NCBI GenBank assembly: GCA_003151615.1
Contig: PLXZ01000004.1
Coordinates: 1 to 44,117 of the forward strand
Direction: 5' to 3'
Length of the DNA: 44,117 bases
From: Candidatus Tayloriibacteriota bacterium
GTDB taxonomy: Bacteria > Patescibacteriota > Minisyncoccia > Phycocordibacterales > PALSA-1337
This document shows, in pieces, positions 9,055 to 19,275 of this stretch. Position 1 is the stretch's first letter, and every line of letters begins with the position of its first letter. The notes under the pieces were generated by a model. That model did not search any database and had not been told where the DNA came from. It was given only the letters and a program-made list of their open reading frames with translations. A program made the translations under genes and the position numbers.

Positions 9055-9315
9055 ATGGATAAGAGAAAAATACAAAAATCACATAAAAACTTTATCTGCA
9101 TCGGCTGCGGCAAAGATACATGGAATGAATATTACATGCTCTATGGCAGAATATGGAGGAGAGCCAATCCCAGGGAAAAGGGGATGCTTTGCATCTCATG
9201 CGTTGAAGAAAAATTGGGAAGGAAACTTACAAAGAAGGACTTTACGAAAGCTCCGGTCAATATTGCGTCTGCGCTACGAACGGCCATTTTGAAAAATAGA
9301 CTGTCCCGTTCCTAA
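9055..9315 (+). CDS. Small basic CxxC...CxxC (zinc-binding) hypothetical protein
   Basis: CIGC...CISC, 86 aa. Confidence 0.65.
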   Translation: MDKRKIQKSHKNFICIGCGKDTWNEYYMLYGRIWRRANPREKGMLCISCVEEKLGRKLTKKDFTKAPVNIASALRTAILKNRLSRS

Positions 9316-9345
9316 TATTTTTCTACTGCAATTCTTTTTCCGTCC

Positions 9346-10473
9346 CTACAAAATCGGCTCGTACTTTTTCTTGCGGAAGAACCAGCCTTCGATTGAATAT
9401 TGATCGTAGCCGTACATGACCAGTGCGATTGGAATGCCGATCAAAATGATGTGCGGCCAGACGACTTCGCCGAAGAAAAAGAGCGAGAGCATAAGCCAGA
9501 ATTCAAAGAAAAGGGCGGCGAAGCGGATTTCCACGCCGAGAATGATGAAGGTACCGAGCAGGATTTCAATGATGGCGGCGCCAAGCACCAGGAAATGCGG
9601 TTCGAAGCCGAGAAGTTTGTCGAGGTGATATTGCATGACCGTGAAAAGGCCGAGATTGTTGTAGACGACTTTCGCGTACGCCGAGGCGAAGATGAGCGAG
9701 ATGCCGAAACAGACGCGAAGGATTGCAAAGCTTCGCGCGGCAATCCAACCGGAAATTTTTTGCCACGCGGTCAGTGATGAGTCGCCGGATTCTGTATTTA
9801 TTGTCGTCGGATTTGTCACGGATCCCGCCAGCGGCATTTTCGAGGTTTTCTTTTTCAGGAAAAAATTATCGAGACTTAAATTGTGCGCGCCGAGGGCGAG
9901 TAGGACGATGATTTCGCCCATGTAATTTATATAAGTGAGCATGTACCAACCGTGATACCAGACGGCAATTGAGTACATGACGAATGCCACAAACGCCGCA
10001 ATCCGGGCGTAAAAACCGATCATCGTGAGAATGCCGATGACGACCAAAACGACTGTGATAAAACCGGTCAGCGAGCCGTACGTATTGACCAGAGGCAATT
10101 CGGGTCCATAACTCGCCTGATAATATGCAGCCGCCAAAAATGACAGGCCGACGGTAACGCGGGCGACGAACGGGGCATAGGGACGCAACTTCGTAAAAAA
10201 CGGATCAATCCAACGCTCCAAAAAACGGATGATTGAAATAAAGAAGACGCAAAAAATCGCCAAAATTGTCACGAAAGCCCAGAAAATAAATTCATGAAGA
10301 TTGTTTTGGATGACCGCAATCATATTGAAGGGCGGTATTCCGATTGCTTGGGTAATCTGTGCCGGAGTCAGGACGTAGACTTCATGGGCGGATGCGATTG
10401 CCGGAGTGAAGAGTATTTGTGCTGAGATAAAAATGGCGATTGACGCGAAAAAAACTTTATTCATGTATTTCAT
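9346..10473 (-). CDS. Membrane protein with two DoxX-like domains
   Basis: Two repeats (ARVTVGLSFL...GAHNLSLD and LRVCFGISLI...GYDQYSIE). AHEVYVL after a signal peptide. Start chosen 6 nt after TGCTATACT. Confidence 0.7.
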   Translation of the reverse strand: MKYMNKVFFASIAIFISAQILFTPAIASAHEVYVLTPAQITQAIGIPPFNMIAVIQNNLHEFIFWAFVTILAIFCVFFISIIRFLERWIDPFFTKLRPYAPFVARVTVGLSFLAAAYYQASYGPELPLVNTYGSLTGFITVVLVVIGILTMIGFYARIAAFVAFVMYSIAVWYHGWYMLTYINYMGEIIVLLALGAHNLSLDNFFLKKKTSKMPLAGSVTNPTTINTESGDSSLTAWQKISGWIAARSFAILRVCFGISLIFASAYAKVVYNNLGLFTVMQYHLDKLLGFEPHFLVLGAAIIEILLGTFIILGVEIRFAALFFEFWLMLSLFFFGEVVWPHIILIGIPIALVMYGYDQYSIEGWFFRKKKYEPIL

Positions 10474-10510
10474 GACATTAGTATAGCACCGCATTAAGTA
10501 TTGGTGTGAA

Positions 10511-11212
10511 TTAATGCGCCAGCGCCAATCCGGACACGTTTTTACATCCGGCTTTTTGCAAAGTCAAAATAGCTTCATTCATCGTGCTTCCGGTCGTGAG
10601 GACGTCGTCAATGATTATGAATTGCCGGCCGGAAAAGTTTTCGATTTTTCCGAGCACGGACTGATGCGCGGAAAAAACACCTTTCATTCCGGCAATGCGT
10701 TCAGCTCGTTTTTTGAAAGCCTGTTTTTTGGCATTTTCTTTTCGATAATTTCTGAACAAGATGTCGGTTCTTATTTCGATGCAGCAATTTTTACTGTCGC
10801 AGTGTTTTTTCATCTCACGAGCCAATAATTCGCACTGATTGTATCCGCGTTCGCGCCGTCTTTTTTGATGGATTGGCATGGGAATAATCACAGGCGCATG
10901 CGATGCAAGGGATGTGCCCGCCATTTTTTCAGCCAAAATATATCCGGCGCAGACGAATGCGTGGCGGTCGCGTTTTGTTTTTATATACCAGACGAGTGCG
11001 CGAACGGCGGGATTTTTATATGAAAGGCAGACGGCAATTTTTATGTTTTCGGGACCCAATTTTGGCGGCTGACGGGCCATTGGCAAAGTTCGGGCCAATT
11101 CGCGCGGTGATACCGTGGAAAAATCAAAAGTGCGGCGTTTTTCGGACCGCCGTTCGGGGAAGAGCAGATTGAGGATTGCGGAGCAGACAAGGCTGATTTT
11201 TAAATGTCGCAT
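10511..11212 (-). CDS. comF: ComF family phosphoribosyltransferase-like competence protein
   Basis: PMPIH...RERGYNQCELLA and IIDDVLTTGST. Divergent from the pil cluster. Confidence 0.88.
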   Translation of the reverse strand: MRHLKISLVCSAILNLLFPERRSEKRRTFDFSTVSPRELARTLPMARQPPKLGPENIKIAVCLSYKNPAVRALVWYIKTKRDRHAFVCAGYILAEKMAGTSLASHAPVIIPMPIHQKRRRERGYNQCELLAREMKKHCDSKNCCIEIRTDILFRNYRKENAKKQAFKKRAERIAGMKGVFSAHQSVLGKIENFSGRQFIIIDDVLTTGSTMNEAILTLQKAGCKNVSGLALAH

Positions 11213-11326
11213 GCCGAAATCATCGCATACTGCCGATAGAGAAACGCTGAAGTTTTGCTAAAATAACGATAAAATTTCGCAAAGAAAACAATCGATGCCG
11301 ACAAAGAGCTGTGGTATAATAATTTC

Positions 11327-12457
11327 ATGGCTTTTTCCTTTACTTCATTGTTCGGTTCGAAAGACCAAAGCGTTCTCGGCATTGACGTCGGCTCGTCGTC
11401 GGTCAAAGTCGTCGAGATAAAAAAGAAGCGCGGCCGCGCGGTCCTGAAAACGTACGGGGAGCTCGCTCTCGGTCCGTATGCTTCGACCGAAGTGGGTCGC
11501 GCGACCAATCTTCCGCCGGACAAAATCGCCGAGGCGATAAAGGACATTCTCCGCGAAGCGAAAACGACCTCGACGGCCTGCGGCATCGCTTTGCCGTTTT
11601 CATCGAGTCTCATTTCATTCATCACCATTCCGCCGGTTCCCGAAAAACAATTGGCCGAAGTCATTCAGCTGGAAGCCCGCAAATACATTCCCGTTCCGAT
11701 GAACGAGGTTCTCCTCGACTGGTCGCTCATTCCGCGCGAGGACAATTATGCAAACGAAGAGGAAGATGATGACGGAAAAAGCGGCGCGAAGGAAAATAAA
11801 GGGGGTAAAGCCCAGCAGGACGTTTTGGTTGTCGCGATCCACAACGAATTTATCGCTTCGTACCAGCAGATCATGGCAAACTCCGGGCTTCAGCCGACCT
11901 TTTATGAAATAGAAATATTCAGCGCGATCCGCGCGGTCGTCGAGCAGGGCGTTCAGGCCGTCATGATCCTCGACATGGGCGCGCGCGCCACGAAACTCTA
12001 CATAGTTGAGCGCGGCATACTGCGTACGGCGCACATCATAAACAGGGGAGGCCAGGACATCACCCTCGCCGTTTCAAAATCGCTTTCCGTCACCGTTGCC
12101 GAAGCGGAGAACATGAAACGGCTGTACGGCCTGTCCGGCGGACCGGAACATAAAGACCTCGCCAATATAATCATGACCAACCTCGACTACATTTTTTACG
12201 AATCGAATGCGGCTCTTCTCAATTACCAGAAAAAGTACGGTAAAAATGTGGCAAAGGTCATCCTGACGGGCGGCGGCGTCCTGCTCAAAGGCTTTGCGGA
12301 CATAGCGAAAGTCAGTTTTCAGACCGATATTTTCTATGCAAATCCCTTTGGAAAGATGGAAACGCCGGCATTTTTCGAGCAGCAGCTTCGTGAGGCGGGT
12401 CCGGAATTCGCGGTCGCCATCGGCATTGCCTTGCGTCGCTTGTCGGAGACGCAATAG
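11327..12457 (+). CDS. pilM: Type IV pilus assembly protein PilM
   Basis: LGIDVGSSSVKVVE, EARKYIPVP, ILTGGG, AVAIGIALR. Confidence 0.93.
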   Translation: MAFSFTSLFGSKDQSVLGIDVGSSSVKVVEIKKKRGRAVLKTYGELALGPYASTEVGRATNLPPDKIAEAIKDILREAKTTSTACGIALPFSSSLISFITIPPVPEKQLAEVIQLEARKYIPVPMNEVLLDWSLIPREDNYANEEEDDDGKSGAKENKGGKAQQDVLVVAIHNEFIASYQQIMANSGLQPTFYEIEIFSAIRAVVEQGVQAVMILDMGARATKLYIVERGILRTAHIINRGGQDITLAVSKSLSVTVAEAENMKRLYGLSGGPEHKDLANIIMTNLDYIFYESNAALLNYQKKYGKNVAKVILTGGGVLLKGFADIAKVSFQTDIFYANPFGKMETPAFFEQQLREAGPEFAVAIGIALRRLSETQ

Positions 12458-12489
12458 GGTTATATAATGAAAGGGAATATATAGAGAAT

Positions 12490-13101
12490 ATGGAAACTAA
12501 ATTTCAAACGTCGTTCATACCAAAAAAGCCCATTCTTGCGCAGACTTCCGTTGCGCACTCCGGTCCGGGCATAAACCTGTTCACGATGTTTTCCGTTCTC
12601 GTTTTCATTCTCTCCCTTGCCGGCGCGGGCTTTGTCCTCGTCTACCAGAACTACCTTAATAAAACCCAGGCCGAATATCAGCAGACCCTGCAGGCCAATG
12701 AAAATCAATTCAATCCGACCCTCATCGCCACGCTCCAGCGCGCAAGCGACAAGATAAATACCGCCAACACCCTTCTTTCGGATCATCTTGCCGTTTCGAA
12801 GGTGCTCAACATCATTGCGGCGCTTACCGCGCAAAATGTCACTTTCAGCAGCTTGTCATATACGGCTCCGGCGACCCCGGGCAGTCCCGCCTTGATTTCA
12901 ATGAGAGGCACCGCCAACAGTTTCAGCGACATTGCCTTCCAATCCGATGTTTTCGGTTCGGCCATAGATTACGGAACCAACGTGAAAATTGTCACTCCGA
13001 TATTGTCGAATCTCGGCCTTGCCCAGAACGGAGGCGTTACGTTCACCTTTACTGCCGGCATAAATCCATCCGATATCCTGTACAACAAATTCATACAATA
13101 A
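12490..13101 (+). CDS. pilN: PilN-like protein
   Basis: FQTSFIPKK N-terminus, TM, coiled coil. Follows pilM. Confidence 0.7.
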   Translation: METKFQTSFIPKKPILAQTSVAHSGPGINLFTMFSVLVFILSLAGAGFVLVYQNYLNKTQAEYQQTLQANENQFNPTLIATLQRASDKINTANTLLSDHLAVSKVLNIIAALTAQNVTFSSLSYTAPATPGSPALISMRGTANSFSDIAFQSDVFGSAIDYGTNVKIVTPILSNLGLAQNGGVTFTFTAGINPSDILYNKFIQ

Positions 13102-13107
13102 ATTTTT

Positions 13108-13677
13108 ATGAACAAAAATGTAATTCCAATTATTCTCATCGTCCTCGCCATCGGAATTTTCTATACGTTCACGGATTCGCGCATCGGCGCCATTCAGGCA
13201 ACGGCGGCATCCAACGGCGGTTATCTTTCCGCGATCAATAATTCCGTGGAGCTTATCAGCGAGCGTGATGCGGTTCTGAAACAATACAACGCCATCTCTC
13301 CTTCGGATCAGTCACGCCTCAATACGATGTTGCCCGATAATGTCGACAATGTCCGCCTCATAATTGACATTAACGGCATAGCGGCGCGCCACGGTTTCTC
13401 CCTGCAGGGTATCACGACAAGCGCAGATTCGACGACTGCGAACGGCAGCACCGGCGGCCTGTCGGAAAGTTCGGGCGGAACCGATTCCAATAATCATTAC
13501 GGAGTGGTCACTATTTCGTTCAGTTTCACCGCCTCCTACGACAATTTCCTGGCATTCATGCAGGATGTTCAGTCGAGTTTGCGCATTTTGGACATTTCAC
13601 AAATGACCGTTACCACCGGTTCGACTCCCGGCACCTATACGTATTCGATGCAGCTCCAGACATACTGGCTTAAATAA
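13108..13677 (+). CDS. pilO: PilO-like protein
   Basis: TM, MLPDNVD, ASYDNFLAFMQDVQSSLRILDI. Synteny. Confidence 0.75.
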   Translation: MNKNVIPIILIVLAIGIFYTFTDSRIGAIQATAASNGGYLSAINNSVELISERDAVLKQYNAISPSDQSRLNTMLPDNVDNVRLIIDINGIAARHGFSLQGITTSADSTTANGSTGGLSESSGGTDSNNHYGVVTISFSFTASYDNFLAFMQDVQSSLRILDISQMTVTTGSTPGTYTYSMQLQTYWLK

Positions 13678-13686
13678 AACCATTAT

Positions 13687-14049
13687 ATGAATCAATCAAT
13701 TAAAGCTCAAAAATCAAGACTTCCGGAAATAATAGCCATTCTCCTGGTTATTGGGGCAATCGGCTACTATTTTTACTCTTCGGGTTCAAACGGTTCGGCA
13801 TCCTCTTCCTTCACCATTTCCTCGGCAACGTCGAGCGTAGGGGCAAACGTCCTCGGTCTCCTCAACCAGATACATTCGCTGAAAATAGACGCGTCGCTTT
13901 TCCAGTCGCCGGTGTATCAATCCCTGAATGACTTCACCGTGCAGGTTCCTCCCGAGCCGATCGGCAAGAGCAATCCGTTCGTGGCCGGCGGCGCAGGCGT
14001 CAGTCCCGCTTTCACCGCGTCGACTTCTTCAACCACTGCGGGGCGTTAG
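13687..14049 (+). CDS. Small pilus-associated membrane protein (PilP position)
   Basis: N-terminal TM and GKSNPF motif. Lies between pilO and pilB. Confidence 0.6.
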   Translation: MNQSIKAQKSRLPEIIAILLVIGAIGYYFYSSGSNGSASSSFTISSATSSVGANVLGLLNQIHSLKIDASLFQSPVYQSLNDFTVQVPPEPIGKSNPFVAGGAGVSPAFTASTSSTTAGR

Positions 14050-14072
14050 TTTCGGCATGTAATATTTACATT

Positions 14073-15791
14073 ATGAGCGTCCTTGATACACTTCTCGAAA
14101 AAAAACTGATAACCAAAGACGACTACCGTGAGGTCAAGAAACAGACCACCACGGGAAAGATCTCCCTTGACCAGGTTTTGGTCGCCCGCGGCCTCAAGCC
14201 GGAGGATATTTTGGCCGCGAAAGGCGAATCCCTCAACATCCCGGTCCGGTCGCTCGGCGACGTCAGCATTCCTTTTGAAGTTCTCGAATATATTCCGCAG
14301 GAATCCGCCGTCCATTATAAATTCGCGCCGATTGCGGTGAAGGACGGCACGCTCGAAGTGGGTATCGTCGATCCGGACAATATCGAAGCCCGCGACGCCC
14401 TTAACTTCATAGCGGCGAAAAGCAACATTCCCTATAAGATTTTCCTCATAAGCGAAGATGATTTCAAAAAAGTCCTCGATACATACAAAGGCCTTTCGGG
14501 AGAAGTTTCGAATGCTCTGAAGGAACTCGAAACAGTTCTCTCCGTCGACGGGGATTCGGGAGTTGACCTGAAGCAGAGCAAAGCCGACGAAAAAACAAGC
14601 GCATTCATTATCGAGGACGCCCCGGTGGTCAAAATTGTGGCAACAATCGTCCGTTACGCGACGGAAGGGGACGCATCCGACGTGCATATAGAAGCAATGC
14701 GCGACAAAGTCCGCGTACGTTTCCGCGTCGACGGCATTTTGAACACCAGCCTCATTTTGCCTCCGCAAGTCCACGATGCCGTAGTTGCCCGCATCAAAGT
14801 GCTCTCCAACATGAAGCTCGACGAGCGCCGCAAGCCGCAGGACGGCCGCTTTTCCGCGCGCATTGACGGCCGAAAAATCGATTTCCGCGTTTCGACGTTT
14901 CCGGCGTACTACGGGGAAAAAGTTGAAATGCGTATCCTGGATCAGGAACGAGGCGTTAAAAAACTGGAGGAACTTGGTCTTTCCCAAAAAAATCTCGATT
15001 ATGTGAAAGACGCAATCAACCGCCCGTACGGCATGATTCTCATCACCGGTCCAACAGGTTCCGGAAAATCAACGACCCTCTATTCCATGCTCAATGCCGT
15101 CGACCGCGAGAGCTACAACGTGCTTTCCCTTGAAGACCCGATCGAATACAACATGGATGGCGTGACGCAGTCCCAGGTTCATCCTGAAATCGGATACACG
15201 TTTGCGTCCGGATTGCGCACGACATTGCGACAGGACCCCGACATCATCATGGTGGGCGAGATCCGCGACAAGGAAACCGCACAGCTCGCCGTGCAGGCGG
15301 CGTTGACCGGCCACCTCGTATTTTCAACGCTCCACACCAACAATTCCGCCGGCGTCATTCCGCGTCTCATCGACATGGGTGTCGACCCGTACCTAATCGC
15401 GCCTACTCTCATTTGCGCCATCGGCCAACGTCTCGTTCAGACTCTGTGTCCCGGTTCCGGCAAGCCGATTCCGGTTGAAGGCAGCATCAAGCTCATGATC
15501 GACAAGGAATTCGCGGATCTGCCCGCGCAATACCGCGCCGAAATCCCGTTTTCCAATACGGTGTACGAAGCGTCGCCGACTCCCGAATGTCCGAAAGGCG
15601 TCCGCGGCCGCATGGCCGTATGGGAAGTCTTCAAGATGGACAAGGACATCGAAGGAGCAATACTTAAAAATCCCACGGAACTTGAAATTTCACGCCTGCT
15701 CCGCACAAAGGGCATGCTCACCATGAAGGAAGACGCCCTCATCAAGGCCTTCCAGAAAATAATTCCGTTTGAGGAAGTCAATAAACTCTAG
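14073..15791 (+). CDS. pilB: Type IV pilus assembly ATPase PilB (GspE/PulE family)
   Basis: ASDVHIE, GPTGSGKST, LRQDPDIIMVGEIRD, GHLVFSTLHTN. Confidence 0.93.
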   Translation: MSVLDTLLEKKLITKDDYREVKKQTTTGKISLDQVLVARGLKPEDILAAKGESLNIPVRSLGDVSIPFEVLEYIPQESAVHYKFAPIAVKDGTLEVGIVDPDNIEARDALNFIAAKSNIPYKIFLISEDDFKKVLDTYKGLSGEVSNALKELETVLSVDGDSGVDLKQSKADEKTSAFIIEDAPVVKIVATIVRYATEGDASDVHIEAMRDKVRVRFRVDGILNTSLILPPQVHDAVVARIKVLSNMKLDERRKPQDGRFSARIDGRKIDFRVSTFPAYYGEKVEMRILDQERGVKKLEELGLSQKNLDYVKDAINRPYGMILITGPTGSGKSTTLYSMLNAVDRESYNVLSLEDPIEYNMDGVTQSQVHPEIGYTFASGLRTTLRQDPDIIMVGEIRDKETAQLAVQAALTGHLVFSTLHTNNSAGVIPRLIDMGVDPYLIAPTLICAIGQRLVQTLCPGSGKPIPVEGSIKLMIDKEFADLPAQYRAEIPFSNTVYEASPTPECPKGVRGRMAVWEVFKMDKDIEGAILKNPTELEISRLLRTKGMLTMKEDALIKAFQKIIPFEEVNKL

Positions 15792-15803
15792 TATACTAAA
15801 GCC

Positions 15804-16211
15804 ATGAATCCAGAAAGCACCAAAGCAAAACTGACCATTTTCGTAGTCGATGACGACAAATTCCTTCTCGACATGTACGCCCTGAAGTTCTCGAAAAGCG
15901 GCTACGTGGTCGAAGCGGCCGACAACGGGGAAGACGCGCTGAAGAAATTCCGCGGCGGATTCGCTCCCGACATTCTCCTTCTCGACGACATCATGCCGGG
16001 TTTGACCGGACTGGAAACGCTCGAGGCCGTCCGCAAGGAAAATCTCATCCCCAACGCGACCGTCATCATGCTCACCAATCAGAATGCACCGGAAGACATC
16101 GCCCGGGCGAAAAGATGCAATGTCGACGGATATATCGTGAAGGCCATGGCCATCCCGTCCGAAGTCCTGAGCGAAGTCGAGAGGATCAACACGGCCAAGC
16201 AAAAAAAATAA
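15804..16211 (+). CDS. Single-domain response regulator (CheY-like receiver)
   Basis: VVDDD, LLLDDIMPG, MLTN, YIVK. Confidence 0.9.
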   Translation: MNPESTKAKLTIFVVDDDKFLLDMYALKFSKSGYVVEAADNGEDALKKFRGGFAPDILLLDDIMPGLTGLETLEAVRKENLIPNATVIMLTNQNAPEDIARAKRCNVDGYIVKAMAIPSEVLSEVERINTAKQKK

Positions 16212-16215
16212 ATAT

Positions 16216-17274
16216 ATGGAACATAAAAAAGAATTGGAGGACATTGTCACGACGGTCATCAGGGAGGGAGCATCGGATCTCCATCTTACGGAAGGCCGCG
16301 TGCCGTTTATCCGTTCCGCCGGCGAACTTATTCCTCTTGTAAAAAAAGCCGCTCTGACAAACTCGGATTTGAAGGGTTTTCTCGATGAATTCCTGACTCC
16401 CGCGAACAAAATTCGCTTGGAAAAGGACAAGCAGGTTGACTTTTCATACAGCCTGACCGACGCGCGTTTCCGTGGCAACGCCTATTATCGCCAGGGACTC
16501 ATTGCCATTGCTTTGCGCCTCATTCCGAAAAAAATCATGAGCATTGCCGATCTCAACCTCCCGCCGATTTTGGAAACCTTCACCAGAAACCGCCAGGGAT
16601 TCTTTTTGGTGGTGGGGCCGATCGGCCAGGGCAAGACGACGACGCTCGCCGCCCTCATTGAAACAATAAATCAGACCCGTTCCGAGCACATTTTGACGAT
16701 TGAAGATCCGATTGAATATTTGTATGAATCGAAAAAATCCATCATCGACCAGCGCGAGGTTCTGATCGACACGCCTGATTTCAAGGACGCTCTCGTCGGC
16801 GCCTTGCGCGAGGATATTAACGTGATTCTCGTCGGGGAAATGCGCGACGCGGAGACGATGGCGACAGCCGTGACCGCCGCGGAAACGGGACATCTTGTTT
16901 TTTCGACGCTCCACACGAACAATGCCGCACAGACCATCAACCGCATCATCGACTCGTTTCCTCAGGGCCAGCAGGACCAAATTCGCGTTCAGTTGGCTAG
17001 CTCGCTCACCGGCATTTTCTCGCAACGCCTCATTCCGCGCGTTTCAGGAGGCCTCATTCCCGCCTACGAGCTTTTGATCAATAACGCCGCAGTATCCAAC
17101 CTCATCCGCGAAAAGCGCATTCACGAAGTCGGCACGGTCATCGAAACTTCCTCGACCGAAGGCATGATTGACATGAACCGATCTCTCGCCGACCTCGTCC
17201 GCCGCGGACAAATAACCGTGGAAAACGCCTATCTTCATTCCGTAAATCCGAAAAACCTCGAGAGGCTGATATAA
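16216..17274 (+). CDS. pilT: Pilus retraction ATPase PilT
   Basis: ASDLHL, GQGKTTT, EDPIE, GEMRD, AAETGHLV, VSNLIRE. Confidence 0.93.
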   Translation: MEHKKELEDIVTTVIREGASDLHLTEGRVPFIRSAGELIPLVKKAALTNSDLKGFLDEFLTPANKIRLEKDKQVDFSYSLTDARFRGNAYYRQGLIAIALRLIPKKIMSIADLNLPPILETFTRNRQGFFLVVGPIGQGKTTTLAALIETINQTRSEHILTIEDPIEYLYESKKSIIDQREVLIDTPDFKDALVGALREDINVILVGEMRDAETMATAVTAAETGHLVFSTLHTNNAAQTINRIIDSFPQGQQDQIRVQLASSLTGIFSQRLIPRVSGGLIPAYELLINNAAVSNLIREKRIHEVGTVIETSSTEGMIDMNRSLADLVRRGQITVENAYLHSVNPKNLERLI

Positions 17275-17298
17275 TGGGGAAGTCACTTCAAAAAACAC

Positions 17299-18507
17299 AT
17301 GCTTTTTAATTACACAACCGTAGACGAAAAAGGCTCATCGACCAGCGGCTCCATTGACGCGGTCAATGCCGATATCGCAATTGCGTCCCTCCAGCGCCGC
17401 GGACTGACCATCACCTCGATCCACAGCGCCGACGAGAAAAAATCCCTGCTGACGATGAACATTAGCTTCTTCGACCGCGTATCAAACAAAGACGTGGTGA
17501 TTCTCTCGCGCCAGCTGTCCACGCTGTTTCAGGCGCAGGTCTCGGCGCTTCGCATTTTCCGCCTTCTCGGTTCCGAATCGGAAAACAAGATTCTCGGCGC
17601 GAAACTCACCACCATCGCCGACGATCTTCAGAGCGGCTCGTCCATATCGCAGGCCATTTCAAAACACCCGAAGGTCTTCTCCGAATTTTACGTTAATATG
17701 GTGAAGGCCGGAGAAGAGACGGGAAAATTGGACGAGACGTTTGCCTTCCTCGCCGATTATCTCGACCGAACCTACGAATTGGTGTCGAAGGCCAAGAGCG
17801 CCCTCATCTATCCGGCGTTCGTTATCGTGACGTTCGTGTCGGTCATGCTCCTCATGTTCACGGTCGTCATCCCGAAAATCGCCGCAACTCTGACGGATTC
17901 CGGCCAGGCCATTCCGGTGTACACGCAGGCGGTTTTGGATATCAGCCAGTTTCTCATCAATGACGGATTCTTTCTTTTGGCTGCGGTGGTCATTGCCGGC
18001 TATTTTTTCTGGCGTTACGTCCGAACGCCGACCGGCAGGCTCGCGTTCGACACCTTCAAACTGAAGATACCGTACATCGGCACATTGTATCGGAAACTGT
18101 ATTTGTCGCGCCTATCGGACAACATGAATACCATGCTCGTGTCCGGCATTCCAATGATACGCGCGCTGGAGCTGACGTCCTCGGTTATCAGCAATATGGT
18201 GTACCGAAACATCATTTCCGAAGCCGTTGAGTCGGTGAAGGGCGGCAAACCCGTTTCCGAAGCTCTCGGCAATAACCGCGAAATTCCCGGAATCATGATT
18301 CAGATGATAAAAGTGGGCGAAGAATCAGGGGAATTGGGCAATATTCTGAAAACACTGGCTAAATTCTATTCCCGCGAAGTTTTGACGGCCGTGGATAACC
18401 TGGTTGATTTGATTGAACCGGCCATGATCGTTCTTTTGGGCATTGGCGTGGGCATATTGCTCGCATCGGTTCTCATCCCTATTTACAACGTCGCCGCGGC
18501 CCAGTAG
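17299..18507 (+). CDS. pilC: Platform protein PilC (GspF family)
   Basis: SRQLSTL, GEETGKLD, ALIYPAFV, GEESGEL, IEPAMI. Confidence 0.93.
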   Translation: MLFNYTTVDEKGSSTSGSIDAVNADIAIASLQRRGLTITSIHSADEKKSLLTMNISFFDRVSNKDVVILSRQLSTLFQAQVSALRIFRLLGSESENKILGAKLTTIADDLQSGSSISQAISKHPKVFSEFYVNMVKAGEETGKLDETFAFLADYLDRTYELVSKAKSALIYPAFVIVTFVSVMLLMFTVVIPKIAATLTDSGQAIPVYTQAVLDISQFLINDGFFLLAAVVIAGYFFWRYVRTPTGRLAFDTFKLKIPYIGTLYRKLYLSRLSDNMNTMLVSGIPMIRALELTSSVISNMVYRNIISEAVESVKGGKPVSEALGNNREIPGIMIQMIKVGEESGELGNILKTLAKFYSREVLTAVDNLVDLIEPAMIVLLGIGVGILLASVLIPIYNVAAAQ

Positions 18508-18518
18508 AGCCATAAAAC

Positions 18519-18527
18519 TTATCCACA
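18519..18527 (+). promoter_or_regulatory. Perfect DnaA-box 9-mer upstream of the pilin promoter
   Basis: TTATCCACA, followed by TTGCAC...TGCTATAAT upstream of pilA. Confidence 0.4.
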
Positions 18528-18616
18528 TAAGCGTCTTGCACCTTTATTGGCCGTTCTTGCTATAATTACCCGTATGAGATTAGGTTTATAGATTATTTAT
18601 TAATTTTATTTAAAGT

Positions 18617-19138
18617 ATGAAATTCAACATGTTCAGAAAAAACACATTGCGCGACACGAAAGTGGCCGGTTTCAAGGGCGGCTTCACCCTCATCGAACTT
18701 CTCGTCGTCATCGCAATTATCGGTATTTTGTCTTCAATCGTTTTGGCCAGCTTGAGTACGGCGCGATCGAAGGCCAACGACTCGAAGGTTCAAGAACAAC
18801 TTTCCGGTTTGAGAAGCGCGGGTGAGATTTACAATTCTACTAATGGAGGGTACGCGACTGATTCTTCAACACATACAGGAACTACCGTTGCTGCGTGTGA
18901 AGGTCTATCGACTACACTTTTCTCTGATCCAACTTCGGGTGCCCTTGGTATCTTGAATGGTATTGCAAGCACGACGGGTATCGGTACGGTTAGCTGTGTA
19001 GCAAGCAGCACAGCTTGGGCTTTCGAAGCAGTTCTTCCTTCCAACCCTAGCACGAACCCATCATGGTGTGTTGATAGCACAGGCAAGTCTGAGGGACAAC
19101 CTACTGTTACTGTGACAGCAAGTCAGCTTTGTCATTAA
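18617..19138 (+). CDS. pilA: Type IV pilin (copy with promoter and ATG)
   Basis: G|FTLIELLVVIAIIGIL class III signal, four Cys in the variable domain, last gene of the pil cluster. Confidence 0.9.
   Translation: MKFNMFRKNTLRDTKVAGFKGGFTLIELLVVIAIIGILSSIVLASLSTARSKANDSKVQEQLSGLRSAGEIYNSTNGGYATDSSTHTGTTVAACEGLSTTLFSDPTSGALGILNGIASTTGIGTVSCVASSTAWAFEAVLPSNPSTNPSWCVDSTGKSEGQPTVTVTASQLCH
18637..18773 (+). repeat. Left arm of pilin inverted repeat (pairs with 20714-20838)
   Basis: Outer 26 bp identical (AAAAAACACATTGCGCGACACGAAAG), then 7 substitutions and one 12-bp indel by manual alignment. Confidence 0.92.
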
Positions 19139-19162
19139 TTCCCAAATTAGTTTATTTTTTGA

Positions 19163-19200
19163 ATAAAAATCCCGGCATATGCCGTGATTTTTGTATGTGT
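19163..19200 (+). terminator. Terminator after pilA
   Basis: AAAAATC-CCGGCATATGCCG-TGATTTTT hairpin, related to 20310-20354. Confidence 0.65.
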
Positions 19201-19275
19201 GAGTTATCCCCAACTTTATCAAAATTTTATTCTTTCTTGAGCGTTTCTTCATTGTTGTATTGCTAAGCTGGTTAT

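Noticed and set aside
2710-17025. Long antisense or alternate-frame ORFs (e.g. 3819-4481, 14046-14987, 15690-16478)
   Set aside because: They overlap well-supported genes and lack recognisable motifs.
18391-18527. oriC from DnaA boxes
   Set aside because: One perfect intergenic box and one near-match inside pilC; no cluster and no dnaA/dnaN nearby.
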